64,000 bases of DNA from Candidatus Bathyarchaeota archaeon (lineage in GTDB: Archaea; Thermoproteota; Bathyarchaeia; Bathyarchaeales; Bathycorpusculaceae). The position numbers were made by a program, and so were the translations under genes. The stretch lies in NCBI GenBank assembly GCA_963782525.1, contig CAWAKC010000008.1, forward strand, positions 1 through 64,000. The letters are read 5' to 3'. Positions 20,726 through 30,731 of this stretch are shown piece after piece. The notes beneath the pieces are model-generated. The model worked only from the letters and a program-made list of their open reading frames with translations, did no database searches and was not told where the DNA came from. The first letter of the stretch is position 1, and every line of letters begins with the position of its first letter.

Positions 20726-21526
20726 TTATTTCTTTTGTTTGTCTTTTTCCTCATCCCACAGCTTGAGAACCTCACCAATTATTTTAGGTCTTAGTGTGAA
20801 TATTTCTTGGGGCTTATCAACATAAATGTAAACGCTAAATACTTTAGTTACGCCAGTTGATCCCGTCAACATGTATTCGGGTTTTCTTTTTAACTTGCTT
20901 GAATAGTTTTCGAAGACTTGATCGAATAAAGCGCGCAAGCGCTCTGCTGAGACGCTGTGATCAAAACCAATTTCAAATGTATAGCAGTAAAGACTCCCGT
21001 TTTTTGTGCTTTCAAAGACATAGTTGGTGATGTCGCGATCCAAAATTTGAAGGTTGCTTATTGAAACGACGTTGTTGTGGGAAGTTAAAATTTTCGTGTA
21101 ATTCATGGTTATTTCTTGAACTAAACCTTCATTGGTGCCGATTTTTACGTACTCGCCTACTTTAAAGGGTCTAGCCGCTAAGAGGAAAAGGCCAGCGATG
21201 AAGTTTCCGATGGTTTTTTGTGAAGCAAAACCTATAGCGGCGCCGCCTACGGCGGAAATTGATAGTAACCATTCGGCTTGGACTCCACCCACGCTGCTTA
21301 TGGATAGTACGGCAAATATTAGAATTAGGATTCGGAAGGTTAAGACAAGGTTGTTGCGTGCGCTAGGTTCAAGTTTAATGCGTTTGGCAAAACCCGTTAG
21401 GTAACGGCTAAGCAATCTTTCCAAGGTAACTGCTACTATGGCAATTACTATGATGTCAAATATTGTGGAAAGTGGAATTTGGACTCCGAAGATTTCAGCC
21501 AAGCCGAACCGCTCGTTTACTGCCAA
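20726..21526 (-). CDS. mscS: MscS mechanosensitive channel
   Basis: AIGFASQKTIGNFIAG, PFKVGEYV. Confidence 0.9.
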   Translation of the reverse strand: MAVNERFGLAEIFGVQIPLSTIFDIIVIAIVAVTLERLLSRYLTGFAKRIKLEPSARNNLVLTFRILILIFAVLSISSVGGVQAEWLLSISAVGGAAIGFASQKTIGNFIAGLFLLAARPFKVGEYVKIGTNEGLVQEITMNYTKILTSHNNVVSISNLQILDRDITNYVFESTKNGSLYCYTFEIGFDHSVSAERLRALFDQVFENYSSKLKRKPEYMLTGSTGVTKVFSVYIYVDKPQEIFTLRPKIIGEVLKLWDEEKDKQKK

Positions 21527-21576
21527 CTTGCGACAAGTCGTCTATAACTCTTTCGCGAGGAAAAACCCTTTAGCAA

Positions 21577-21978
21577 TTATTCTTCTTTTTTGTCTGGAAT
21601 AAAATCCATAGACATCGAATTAACACAATGCCGCGTATCTTTTTCGGTGAAGTGCTCGCCTGTGAAGACGTGTCCGAGGTGGGCGCCACAGTTGGCGCAT
21701 TGAATTTCTGTTCGCATGCCGTCGGGGTCAGGTTTTCGTATGACGGCGCCTGGGATTTCGTCGTCGAAGCTTGGCCAGCCGCAGTCGGCTTCAAACTTGT
21801 TTTCAGAACGGTAAAGTTTTGCGCCGCAGCGTTTACAAATGTAGGTGCCTTTTTCCCAGAAACCGTAGTATTTGCCTGTAAAGGGCATCTCTGTGCCTTT
21901 GTGTATTATGACTTGTTCTTCCTCTGGGGTTAGTTTCTTAAAATTACCTTGAGTTTGAGAAGCTGACAATAAAAACAC
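21577..21978 (-). CDS. msrB: Methionine-R-sulfoxide reductase
   Basis: GTEMPFTG, CGWPSF, HLGHVF, RHCVNS. Confidence 0.95.
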   Translation of the reverse strand: MFLLSASQTQGNFKKLTPEEEQVIIHKGTEMPFTGKYYGFWEKGTYICKRCGAKLYRSENKFEADCGWPSFDDEIPGAVIRKPDPDGMRTEIQCANCGAHLGHVFTGEHFTEKDTRHCVNSMSMDFIPDKKEE

Positions 21979-22080
21979 CAGATATGACTATTCATTTGGA
22001 GGGTAAAAAACGCTTCTGCAACTCGCCCTAAAAAACAGATATAAAGAAGCGGTTGGTATTTACTAACTGAAGGTTTTTAC

Positions 22081-22362
22081 ATGGTGGAAATTACAAGGTT
22101 ATTTTGGAAACCAGCTTTAACATCCGATGGATTTGTACTCGGCGAAGTGCAGAGCGCTGAATTGGACATGAGTAATTGGCAAATAATGAACCTGTTTGTT
22201 GCTTTAAGTGAAGAAGCCTCAAAAAAGATGGGTTTCAAGCATCCTTATCTTGGCAAAGTCATCGTTTGTCTACCTGTATCCACGGTTGAATCTGCATCCG
22301 ATAAGGTGATTTTGAATAAAACCATCGAGGAACTGCGTAGTCTAAAGCAATGCAGAGAATAA
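22081..22362 (+). CDS. PRC-barrel domain protein
   Basis: TSDGFVLGEV...D...WQI...DKVIL. Confidence 0.7.
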   Translation: MVEITRLFWKPALTSDGFVLGEVQSAELDMSNWQIMNLFVALSEEASKKMGFKHPYLGKVIVCLPVSTVESASDKVILNKTIEELRSLKQCRE

Positions 22363-22549
22363 TCCTCCCCTTTTTGATTAAACTCTTTTAGTTTTTTCTT
22401 GAATTCAGAGATAAAATGCACATCAACTTCTATTTACATCAGAAACAAGGAAGAATTTATCAAGGTTTGGCTGAAACTTTATTAGTGGATACGAACTTTT
22501 CTGAGTCAAGCACCAAAGGTGCAATGAATTAACTGTCAAGGTTAAACTT

Positions 22550-23113
22550 ATGACTGAGGCAGCAACAACTCCACAAAATAGGGATCAACCACCCATCAAA
22601 GCTTCCGAACTTAATCAAAAGTTCAAGTACGAGCTTCAAAAGGAGCATGGAAGCGAAAAGATTCTAAAGTGTTTCCAGTGTGGAACATGCACCTCAGACT
22701 GTCCAGTAGCACGTTACAGTGACAGTTATCGTCCACGCACACTTATTCACATGGCACAGTTGGGCTTAAAAGAACGTGTCCTAAAAAGCGACACTTTATG
22801 GCTTTGTGCAGCTTGCTTCACATGCACCGACCGTTGCCCACAAGACGTCGAAGTTGCAAGCGTCATACGAGTATTCCGTAATATGGCAGCAGAAGAAGGC
22901 TGCGTACCACAAGTCTTCAAGGACCAAGCCCAAAGCCTTCTCGAATCAGGTTACGCTTACAAGATTCCAGAGTTAAGAATCAAAAAACGTGAATCCCAAG
23001 GACTGCCACCACTGCCAAAGGGCTGCCCAGAAAAAGTCGGCAAAGCCCTCAAAGGGGTAAAATTCATCGAGAAAATCCAAAAACCCGCAGGAGAAAAACC
23101 AAGTGGCCAATAA
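22550..23113 (+). CDS. hdrC: Heterodisulfide reductase subunit C
   Basis: CFQCGTCTSDCP, LWLCAACFTCTDRCP. Confidence 0.93.
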   Translation: MTEAATTPQNRDQPPIKASELNQKFKYELQKEHGSEKILKCFQCGTCTSDCPVARYSDSYRPRTLIHMAQLGLKERVLKSDTLWLCAACFTCTDRCPQDVEVASVIRVFRNMAAEEGCVPQVFKDQAQSLLESGYAYKIPELRIKKRESQGLPPLPKGCPEKVGKALKGVKFIEKIQKPAGEKPSGQ

Positions 23114-23996
23114 ATACCTAATCTTCCTCGGATGCGCAATTCCTTACCGTGTTTCTGGCTACGAGATTTCTTCGCGCAAAGTTCTCGCTAAACTCGGCGT
23201 TGAACTCATTGAGATGCCTGAATTCAACTGCTGTGGTTTGCCATTGGATCCCGTTAGCCACGAGACGATGCTTATTTTGGCAGCAAAGAACCTGGCGTTG
23301 GCAGAACAGCAAGGGCTAAACATTCTTACTCTTTGTCCAGGCTGTGCTGGAACCTTAAAGAAAGTTAACAAAATCCTCAAAGCAGACAAAGCCCTCAAAG
23401 AACAAATCAATGGTCACCTCAAAGAAGCAGGCTTAGAATTCAAGGGAACCATCGAAACCAAACATCTTTTGCAACTGTTGAAGGAAGATGTTGGGTTAGA
23501 AAAAATCAAAGCCTCAGTCGTTAAACCCCTAACAAACCTCAAGGTTGCAGAACACAACGGTTGCCATATCCTACGGCCAAAAGAATACATAGATTTTGAT
23601 GACCCCGAAGATCCTCAAACCCTAAAAGCCCTCATCGAAGCCACAGGCGCTACTTGCTTGGACTACATTGACGAAACCGAATGTTGCGGTGCACCCAGCG
23701 TCGGAGTCAGCGACAAAGTTGCCCTTGCGCTTGCAAGAGACAAATTAAACCATGTTAAACAGGTAGAAGCTCAAGCCCTAATCACGATTTGCCCATTCTG
23801 CCATATAATGTATGATACGAATGAGTTGCGCATAGAGAAACTGTTTAATGAAACCTATGGAATTCCAATCCTACATTACCCGCAATTGCTGGGGCTAGCT
23901 ATGGGTATATGTCCTGAAGAATTAGCGTTCAATGAACTTCGAGTTAACGCATCAAACCTGCTAAAACAGTTAAACCTAGGAGCAAACAAACCATGA
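23103..23996 (+). CDS. hdrB: Heterodisulfide reductase subunit B
   Basis: Two CCG domains, GCHILRP, CPFCHIMYD. Confidence 0.93.
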   Translation: MANKYLIFLGCAIPYRVSGYEISSRKVLAKLGVELIEMPEFNCCGLPLDPVSHETMLILAAKNLALAEQQGLNILTLCPGCAGTLKKVNKILKADKALKEQINGHLKEAGLEFKGTIETKHLLQLLKEDVGLEKIKASVVKPLTNLKVAEHNGCHILRPKEYIDFDDPEDPQTLKALIEATGATCLDYIDETECCGAPSVGVSDKVALALARDKLNHVKQVEAQALITICPFCHIMYDTNELRIEKLFNETYGIPILHYPQLLGLAMGICPEELAFNELRVNASNLLKQLNLGANKP

Positions 23997-24982
23997 GTCA
24001 AAACAAACTAAAAATAGCCTTTTACTGGGCTGCAAGCTGCGGCGGCTGCGAAATTGCCGTCTTAGACTTAAACGAGAAAATCCTCGACGTAGTGAAACTT
24101 GCCGACATCGTTTTCTGGCCAGTCGCCATCGACGTCAAATACAAAGATGTCGAAGCGCTTCCAGATAAACACATCGACATAACTTTCTTTAACGGCTCCA
24201 TCCGAAACAGTGAACAAGAACACATGGCAAAAGTGCTGCGTGCAAAATCCAAAACCTTAGTTGCGTTCGGCTCATGCGCCCACGAAGGCAGCGTCCCAGG
24301 CTTAGCTAACCTGAACGACAAAAAAGAAATCTTCGATCAAGTTTTCATAAAAGACAAATCAAACGTCAATCCCAAAGGAACCACACCACAAACCCAAACA
24401 AAAGTCAAAGAAGGCACACTCAAAATCCCAGAATTCTACGACACCGTAAAAACCCTCGCCCAAACGGTAGACGTAGACTATTACCTTCCAGGTTGCCCAC
24501 CACCAGTTAAACTAATCGCGGCGGCAGTTGACGCGATCGCAAGCAACAATCTCCCACCCAAAGGTTCAGTCCTAGCACCGCTCAAAGCTGTCTGCGACGA
24601 ATGCCCACGAAAACGCGAAAACAAAAAAATCGACAAAATCTATCGTGTCTACGAAAAAGCTCCTGAACCCGAAAAATGCCTAATGGAACAAGGCATCATC
24701 TGCATGGGAATGGCAACCAGAAGCGGCTGTGGCGCTCAATGCTTAAAAGTTGACATGCCCTGCACAGGTTGCGGTGGACCAGCACCCAGCGTTCCAGAAC
24801 AAGGAGCAGCCATGATATCGGCTTTAGCGTCAATCCTCGGCTACGACGGCGTCGAAGGAAAAACTAAGTATACTGAAAAAGAAATTGAAGATTTAATTAA
24901 TCAAATCAAAGACCCCGTTGGAACAATGTATATGTACAGTCTACCAAACTCCATCTTAAAACGAAAGGTGATTCAGAAATGA
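23993..24982 (+). CDS. mvhG: F420-non-reducing [NiFe] hydrogenase small subunit
   Basis: SCGGC, GSCA, PGCPP, CDEC, CTGC. Confidence 0.9.
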   Translation: MSQNKLKIAFYWAASCGGCEIAVLDLNEKILDVVKLADIVFWPVAIDVKYKDVEALPDKHIDITFFNGSIRNSEQEHMAKVLRAKSKTLVAFGSCAHEGSVPGLANLNDKKEIFDQVFIKDKSNVNPKGTTPQTQTKVKEGTLKIPEFYDTVKTLAQTVDVDYYLPGCPPPVKLIAAAVDAIASNNLPPKGSVLAPLKAVCDECPRKRENKKIDKIYRVYEKAPEPEKCLMEQGIICMGMATRSGCGAQCLKVDMPCTGCGGPAPSVPEQGAAMISALASILGYDGVEGKTKYTEKEIEDLINQIKDPVGTMYMYSLPNSILKRKVIQK

Positions 24983-26433
24983 AAGAAATAGTAATAGACC
25001 CAATCACACGCCTTGAAGGCCACGGAAACGTATCCATATTCCTAAACGACCAAGGCGAAGTAGAAAACGCCTACCTCAAAATTCCCGAGCTACGCGGCTT
25101 CGAAAAATTCTGCATCGGTAGAAGAGCCGAACTCATGCCCCAACTTACCACTAGAATCTGCGGTGTCTGCCCAGTCGCTCATCATTTTGCCGCAGTAAAA
25201 GCGTTGGACGCAGCATTCAACGTTGAACCAACCGAACCAGCAAAGAAGCTCCGCGAATTAATGTACAGTGCATACTTCATCTATGACCACACCCTACACT
25301 TCTACTATCTTGGTGGACCAGACTTCATCGTTGGACCCGACGCACCAGCAGAAAAACGCAACATTCTTGGTGTCATCGAAAAAGTCGGTATGCCGATTGC
25401 AACTGAAGTCATAAAACACCGAGCATACGGACAAAAAATAACTGAAATCATCGGTGGCAAAGCAACCCACCCAGTCTGCGGCTTGCCAGGCGGAATCTCC
25501 AAGCCGCTGAGCGAAGAGAACAGAAAAGAAATCGAAACGATGGCTACTTCATGCCTAAACTTTGCGCAGTTCACTGTGAAAATCTTCCATGATATCGTTT
25601 TAGGAAACACCAAATATGTCGACATGATAAAGAGCCCCGCTTACACGATGCCCACCTACTACATGGGCACCGTTGATGCAAGCAACAAAGTCAACTTCTA
25701 CGATGGCAAAATCCGTGTCGTTGATCCAGAGGGCAAAGAATTCCTCAAGTTCGAATCCAAAGACTACCTCAAGCACATCGGCGAACACGTTGAAGAATGG
25801 ACATACAGCAAATTTCCATACCTAAAAGCAATCGGCTGGAAAGGACAAGTTGCAGGCGCAGACAGCGGAGTTTACCGTGTTGGTCCTCTTGGGCGCTTAA
25901 ACGCATCCGGGGGCATGGCAACTCCACTTGCACAAGCAGAATATCTAGAAATGTACAAGACATTAGGAGGCAAACCCGTCCACAGCACCCTAGCTTTCCA
26001 TTGGGCAAGAGTAATCGAATTACTATATGCAACCGAGAGGGCATTGGAACTAGTTAAGGACCCAGAAATCACAAGCACAAATATCCGCAACACCCCTGGC
26101 GAACCAACTGAGGGCGTCGGCGTAGTTGAAGCGGCACGCGGAACCCTAATCCACCACTACACCCTCGACAAAGATGCCCTCGTAAAAGATGTGAACCTAA
26201 TAGTTGCAACCACCAACAATTACCCAGCCATATGTATGAGCATACGCGATGCAGCCAAAGGCTTAATCCACGGTGGCAAAGTCGACCAAGGCATCCTAAA
26301 CAAAGTTGAAATGGCATTCAGAGCATACGACCCATGCTTCGGCTGCGCAACACACGCTGCAATCGGCCAAATGCCCCTAACCGTAGAAGTCTTCAACGCC
26401 CAAAAACAGTTAGTCAGCTCAGTTAGTCGTTAG
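24979..26433 (+). CDS. mvhA: Group 3c-like [NiFe] hydrogenase large subunit
   Basis: TRLEGH, RICGVC (L1), DPCFGCATH (L2) with cleavable C-terminal tail. Confidence 0.93.
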   Translation: MKEIVIDPITRLEGHGNVSIFLNDQGEVENAYLKIPELRGFEKFCIGRRAELMPQLTTRICGVCPVAHHFAAVKALDAAFNVEPTEPAKKLRELMYSAYFIYDHTLHFYYLGGPDFIVGPDAPAEKRNILGVIEKVGMPIATEVIKHRAYGQKITEIIGGKATHPVCGLPGGISKPLSEENRKEIETMATSCLNFAQFTVKIFHDIVLGNTKYVDMIKSPAYTMPTYYMGTVDASNKVNFYDGKIRVVDPEGKEFLKFESKDYLKHIGEHVEEWTYSKFPYLKAIGWKGQVAGADSGVYRVGPLGRLNASGGMATPLAQAEYLEMYKTLGGKPVHSTLAFHWARVIELLYATERALELVKDPEITSTNIRNTPGEPTEGVGVVEAARGTLIHHYTLDKDALVKDVNLIVATTNNYPAICMSIRDAAKGLIHGGKVDQGILNKVEMAFRAYDPCFGCATHAAIGQMPLTVEVFNAQKQLVSSVSR

Positions 26434-26526
26434 CCTATTTTCTTTGGCTAATAATATTTTCATTTTTATTTTGTCTTGAAAGCAAATCTTATATTCACTT
26501 AAATTCGAATATTACGAGGTTTAGGT

Positions 26527-27009
26527 GTGTTAAATTTGAAAAGCTTAGTAGTCTATTATACCAGAACGGGTAATTCACGTTTCGTTGCGGAAACAATCGC
26601 GGCTGAAATAGGAGCAGACGTCGAAGAAGTTATCGACATGAAAAAACGAAGCGGTGTACTCGGATACTTGAGTGGTGGCAAGGATGCTAGGCAAGGAAAA
26701 GAAACCCAAATAGCTCTCACAAAGAAGATTCTAGCAGACTACGATCTGATAATTGTTGGAACTCCCATTTGGGCAGCAAGATCGACACCCGCAGTAACCA
26801 CCTACCTCAAAAAGAACAACCTTTCAGGCAAGAAAGTCGCTGTTTTCTTCACTCAGGGAGGCAAAAAACCGCAGGGCATCGAACAAATTAAAGCGTTAAT
26901 GCCCAACTCTGAGTGTATAGCAGAACTCACATTGGTTAGTCCTCTGAAGTCTAAAGAGGAATCGGAAAAACAAATCATCGAATGGTGCAAAACCCTCATC
27001 ATCCAATAG
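26527..27009 (+). CDS. Flavodoxin
   Basis: YYTRTGNS, GTPIW. Confidence 0.88.
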   Translation: MLNLKSLVVYYTRTGNSRFVAETIAAEIGADVEEVIDMKKRSGVLGYLSGGKDARQGKETQIALTKKILADYDLIIVGTPIWAARSTPAVTTYLKKNNLSGKKVAVFFTQGGKKPQGIEQIKALMPNSECIAELTLVSPLKSKEESEKQIIEWCKTLIIQ

Positions 27010-27043
27010 TTAGATTGACCCATTTCTAATTGGTAATATTTCA

Positions 27044-27529
27044 ATGTCGGAACAAATTGAACAGAACCTGAAAAACTGGTTTGTCAAGGCAAAAAAAATT
27101 GTTGTTGCAGGCATTGGAAACCCCATTCGATCGGATGATTATGTCGGTTTAAAAATTGTTCAAGGTTTGCAGGGTAAGATTTCCGAAAAAGTTTGTCTTT
27201 TGGAATGTGAAACAGTTCCAGAAAGCTACCTCTTAGACATCGAGAAGTTTAATCCTACACATGTCTTACTGATAGACGCTGCTTTTTTAGGGTTAAAGCC
27301 TGGGGAAGCCAGTGTGGTGAATGCTGAAGAGGTTGCGGATTTTCCCGCTATAACCACGCATATGTTGCCTCTTCGGGTTTTCTGTGACTACATCAAACAG
27401 GCAACAGGCGCAAAGATTGGTTTGATGCTTGTTGAGCCGAAAATCATGGAGTTCGGCGAAGGCTTAAGCGTTGAGGTTGAATCGGCAGCGCAAAAAATAG
27501 TGGCAATTCTGATTGATTTGCTCAGTTAG
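27044..27529 (+). CDS. hycI: Hydrogenase maturation protease
   Basis: GIGNPIRSDD, ETVPE, IDAA, TTHMLP. Confidence 0.9.
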   Translation: MSEQIEQNLKNWFVKAKKIVVAGIGNPIRSDDYVGLKIVQGLQGKISEKVCLLECETVPESYLLDIEKFNPTHVLLIDAAFLGLKPGEASVVNAEEVADFPAITTHMLPLRVFCDYIKQATGAKIGLMLVEPKIMEFGEGLSVEVESAAQKIVAILIDLLS

Positions 27530-27987
27530 GTTTCTTTACGTTTGAAAACGTAATTAGTTGTAAGGGTTATTTTTCCAAACGTAGACGCAGTTCCCACAAA
27601 TTCAAACTGGTCTTTTGAAAGCCATCTGAGGATTATCTGTTCTTCTAATTCTTGATCCTCAAAGGATCCTCTCCAAAGCAACTCAAGAGTTCTCTCATCC
27701 TTCCACGTCCCAACATGGTCGTGGGCGTCGCCTTCAGAAGTTACACTGAAAAGATGCACTTTGCCGCTCGCCAAGTCAAAACTCCATATGTCATTCTCAT
27801 AGTAATCCTCGTAGCCTTCGATATGCGTTTCAATTTCAGAGTTTACGCCTAACATAGCTATTTCTTCAGCGGTCATATCGCCACAACCAGACACAACTCT
27901 GTCATCGTTGGTTTTCATGGCTATGCCTACTGACCATTCACCGATTAACTGCGTAAGCAACTTTACCTCTTTGAATGGTTGGGCCAT
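27526..27987 (-). CDS. Hypothetical beta-barrel protein (DUF1579-like)
   Basis: LIGEW start and beta-strand pattern; start taken at MAQPF. Confidence 0.55.
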   Translation of the reverse strand: MAQPFKEVKLLTQLIGEWSVGIAMKTNDDRVVSGCGDMTAEEIAMLGVNSEIETHIEGYEDYYENDIWSFDLASGKVHLFSVTSEGDAHDHVGTWKDERTLELLWRGSFEDQELEEQIILRWLSKDQFEFVGTASTFGKITLTTNYVFKRKET

Positions 27988-28143
27988 AAAAATCAAACCA
28001 GGAAATATCAAGCATCCAACAGATGAATTAGGTAATAAAGACTTGTGGTTGGTGGTTTGCAACAACGGAAAAGTTGTCTAGGAAAAATTGTTAAAAACCG
28101 ATTTAAGCGTATACCAAACACTATGTTTCTGAGGTACAAGCAG

Positions 28144-28706
28144 ATGATGAACCAAAATGAACAAATCGAAAACGTCACTTTCCAAGCCTTAGCACACCCA
28201 ACACGCAGAACAATAATCAGAATTGTAGAATCAAAAAACCAAGGCGTATCCTACACTGAATTAATTACTGAACTTGGAATGTCAACGGGAAAACTAAACT
28301 ATCATTTGGACCAATTGAAGGGGTTGATTGAAAAAACAACAATCAACATTACGTGTTGACTCCTTTCGGCAAAAAAGCCATAGAACACCTTAACCTCATT
28401 GAACAGAAAATTAGTTGTGAAGATGAAAAATACGTCAAAATCGCCGTCTTATCACAAAAAACCAGCCTTCAACCCATAGTAAAAGCCTTCCTTACGATTA
28501 GCATTGTTTTGTCTGCTGTTTTAACTGCTGTATGGGTTTTTCTTGCTTACGTATTCATAGTTGAGAGTGCGCCACTAATAGTTTTCATTCTTATGCCAGT
28601 TTTGATTGCGGTTGGTTTTGGCTTGCTTGGGACGTTAATTTATGCTCTGGTTAAAGCGCCTTCACGGGTTAAGCGGTTTGAGCAAAGGTTCTTCGAAGAA
28701 AACTAG
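28144..28706 (+). pseudogene. ArsR-like wHTH plus transmembrane domain, frameshifted in an A-run near 28331
   Basis: FQALAHPTRRTII..GKLNYHL; one added A gives IEKNNNQHYVLTPFG and joins the two ORFs. Confidence 0.8.
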
Positions 28707-28794
28707 CGGCAAAACCCAAATTTTCTCATTTGCCTTTTTTGGTTTGGTTAAATATTAATTAGCCAGTTTCAAATTAGCATTGTTTGTGATTGTC

Positions 28795-29274
28795 ATGGCT
28801 GGAAAAGCAGTAATCATTATGGGTTCCGAGCGGGATTTGGATTTTTCTAGAGAAATCGCGAAGTACCTTAAACTTTTAGGTGTAAGCTATGAGTTTCGGG
28901 TGGCTTCAGCCCATAAGACTCCAGAGAAAGTGCTTGAAGTAATCAAAGAATTTGAAGCAGAAAAAGTCGTTTACGTCACCGTTGCAGGGCGATCCAACGC
29001 GTTGAGCGCTTTTATCGACGGCAACACCACTAAACCAGTTATTGCCTGTCCACCTTACAGCGAAAAATTCGGCGGCGCAGACATCTACTCTTCACTTAGG
29101 GTTCCAAGCGGCATCGGTAGCGTCGTGACCATTGAGTCAGAGGGTGCGGCAATTGTAGCAGCGAAAATTTTGGCGCTTGAAGACTCAGTGTTGTCAGCTG
29201 CGGTGAAGGCGTATCAAGAGGGAAAACGCAAAGAACTCGAAAAAGCTAACGAAACAATCAAAAAACTCAAATAA
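28795..29274 (+). CDS. purE: AIR carboxylase / N5-CAIR mutase
   Basis: IIMGSERD, SAHKTP, VAGRSNAL, PVIACPP. Confidence 0.93.
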   Translation: MAGKAVIIMGSERDLDFSREIAKYLKLLGVSYEFRVASAHKTPEKVLEVIKEFEAEKVVYVTVAGRSNALSAFIDGNTTKPVIACPPYSEKFGGADIYSSLRVPSGIGSVVTIESEGAAIVAAKILALEDSVLSAAVKAYQEGKRKELEKANETIKKLK

Positions 29275-29407
29275 ACACCCTTTTCTAATTTGTTAAAGAC
29301 TTGAAAATCGCAAATACAGACTACCCCCTAAGAGGGAGTCTACTATAAAATAGCAAAATATCCATGCGTTTTAACAATTAGTATCGCATTTTTTCAAGCT
29401 AAAACAA

Positions 29408-29478
29408 CCGACAAACATTCTATTGAGTGTCGGAAATACTATCCTGAAACATCCGACACTCCTGCAGCCAAATGTCGG
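29408..29478. promoter_or_regulatory. Tandem CCGACA-N14-TGTCGG palindromes (putative operator)
   Basis: Units at 29408-29433 and 29453-29478; the inner halves form a perfect 10-bp inverted repeat. Confidence 0.55.
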
Positions 29479-29589
29479 GCAATCCATCACCGCAAAAGTA
29501 GTTTTTAAAAATAAACTTGGCATCGCTACTAACAGGAGCAAAACTTAAGGCGTAAGAGGGTTGGATAGGTATCAGGTGGTGGCTAGATA

Positions 29590-30627
29590 TTGAAAAAAAT
29601 TCGGAATGATATATTCCCAAATATTTCACCTTACATCGGTGAAAAAGAAGAGTTATTCAAAATATTGAATGCGCCAAAAGAGGCTGAAGAAGAATTCTTA
29701 AAACAATATATTAGCCGATATAGAGGAGCAAAAATTAAAGAATTCATGGATGAAGTCTATTCAGCTATGGATTCTCAGTTTTCATCCAAAAAAGAATTAG
29801 TGGATTATATTAATGCGATGAATGATGCCGAGACTGCCGAGTTATTCATAAGAATTTGCAAGTTTTATTTCATCTCCAAAAAGTTTCAGCCTACATCATA
29901 TGTAAAATTAATTATGATGTTTTCGATAATCGAGAAAACGATAAGTAAGGAGAAGGAATATGAAGAGTTTCATTCTTGGATTTTTAACCAACGTTCATTA
30001 ATACAAGAAGGTCTTGATAACGCAGAAAAGAAAGACAAAAAGACTTTCCTAAAAATAATCGAAAAATTGAAGGATGAATATTTCAAGCAGTTTGGTTCTC
30101 AACGAAACGTTCTTGAATTCTTTAAGAATTATGTGACAACCTATAACCAAATTAAACTAATAAAAGCGTTTAAAGCAAATTATACAGACGTAATTGAAAA
30201 TTTTGAATCCCAAAACCCTCTTCTATTACCCCTTCCAGAAAGCATAGCTGAAGCAAGTAAAAAAATTAAACAACCAGTTGAAAATATGATGATGCCATAT
30301 TGTTTTAACTGGCAAAAGTGTTTAGTATATTACGGAGAATGCGATTCTTCGGAAACTTGTGAATTAAACAATAAATCAATCTTAGAAGAAACGCTAAAAA
30401 AAGTAGTTAAGGACATTTACCAATTACGTAATGATTTCGTACATTCAGCTAGAATAACACCTTTAAATGAAGAAGAACCAGATGCTAACTTCTCAGCTAG
30501 TACAGTTATTGGTGTTATTGGGTCAAAGTACAAACCAATTTCGATTGAAATAACAATCCAGGAATTTGAAAGTATTTTTGAACAATCAATAAAAAAATAT
30601 TTTGACGCTTATATTAAAAGAGCCTGA
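29590..30627 (+). CDS. Putative HEPN (Apea-like) domain protein
   Basis: AT-rich 345 aa; MFSIIE and YQLRNDFVHS (Rx4H). Confidence 0.65.
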   Translation: MKKIRNDIFPNISPYIGEKEELFKILNAPKEAEEEFLKQYISRYRGAKIKEFMDEVYSAMDSQFSSKKELVDYINAMNDAETAELFIRICKFYFISKKFQPTSYVKLIMMFSIIEKTISKEKEYEEFHSWIFNQRSLIQEGLDNAEKKDKKTFLKIIEKLKDEYFKQFGSQRNVLEFFKNYVTTYNQIKLIKAFKANYTDVIENFESQNPLLLPLPESIAEASKKIKQPVENMMMPYCFNWQKCLVYYGECDSSETCELNNKSILEETLKKVVKDIYQLRNDFVHSARITPLNEEEPDANFSASTVIGVIGSKYKPISIEITIQEFESIFEQSIKKYFDAYIKRA

Positions 30628-30731
30628 ATGTCTTTTTGCTCTCTTGCGCTTTTTTGCCATAGATAGCTTTTATTGATTGGTTATGTGACCGAAATTAGGC
30701 TGGTTTTCTGCGAATACTTTTTGTTTGCCCA

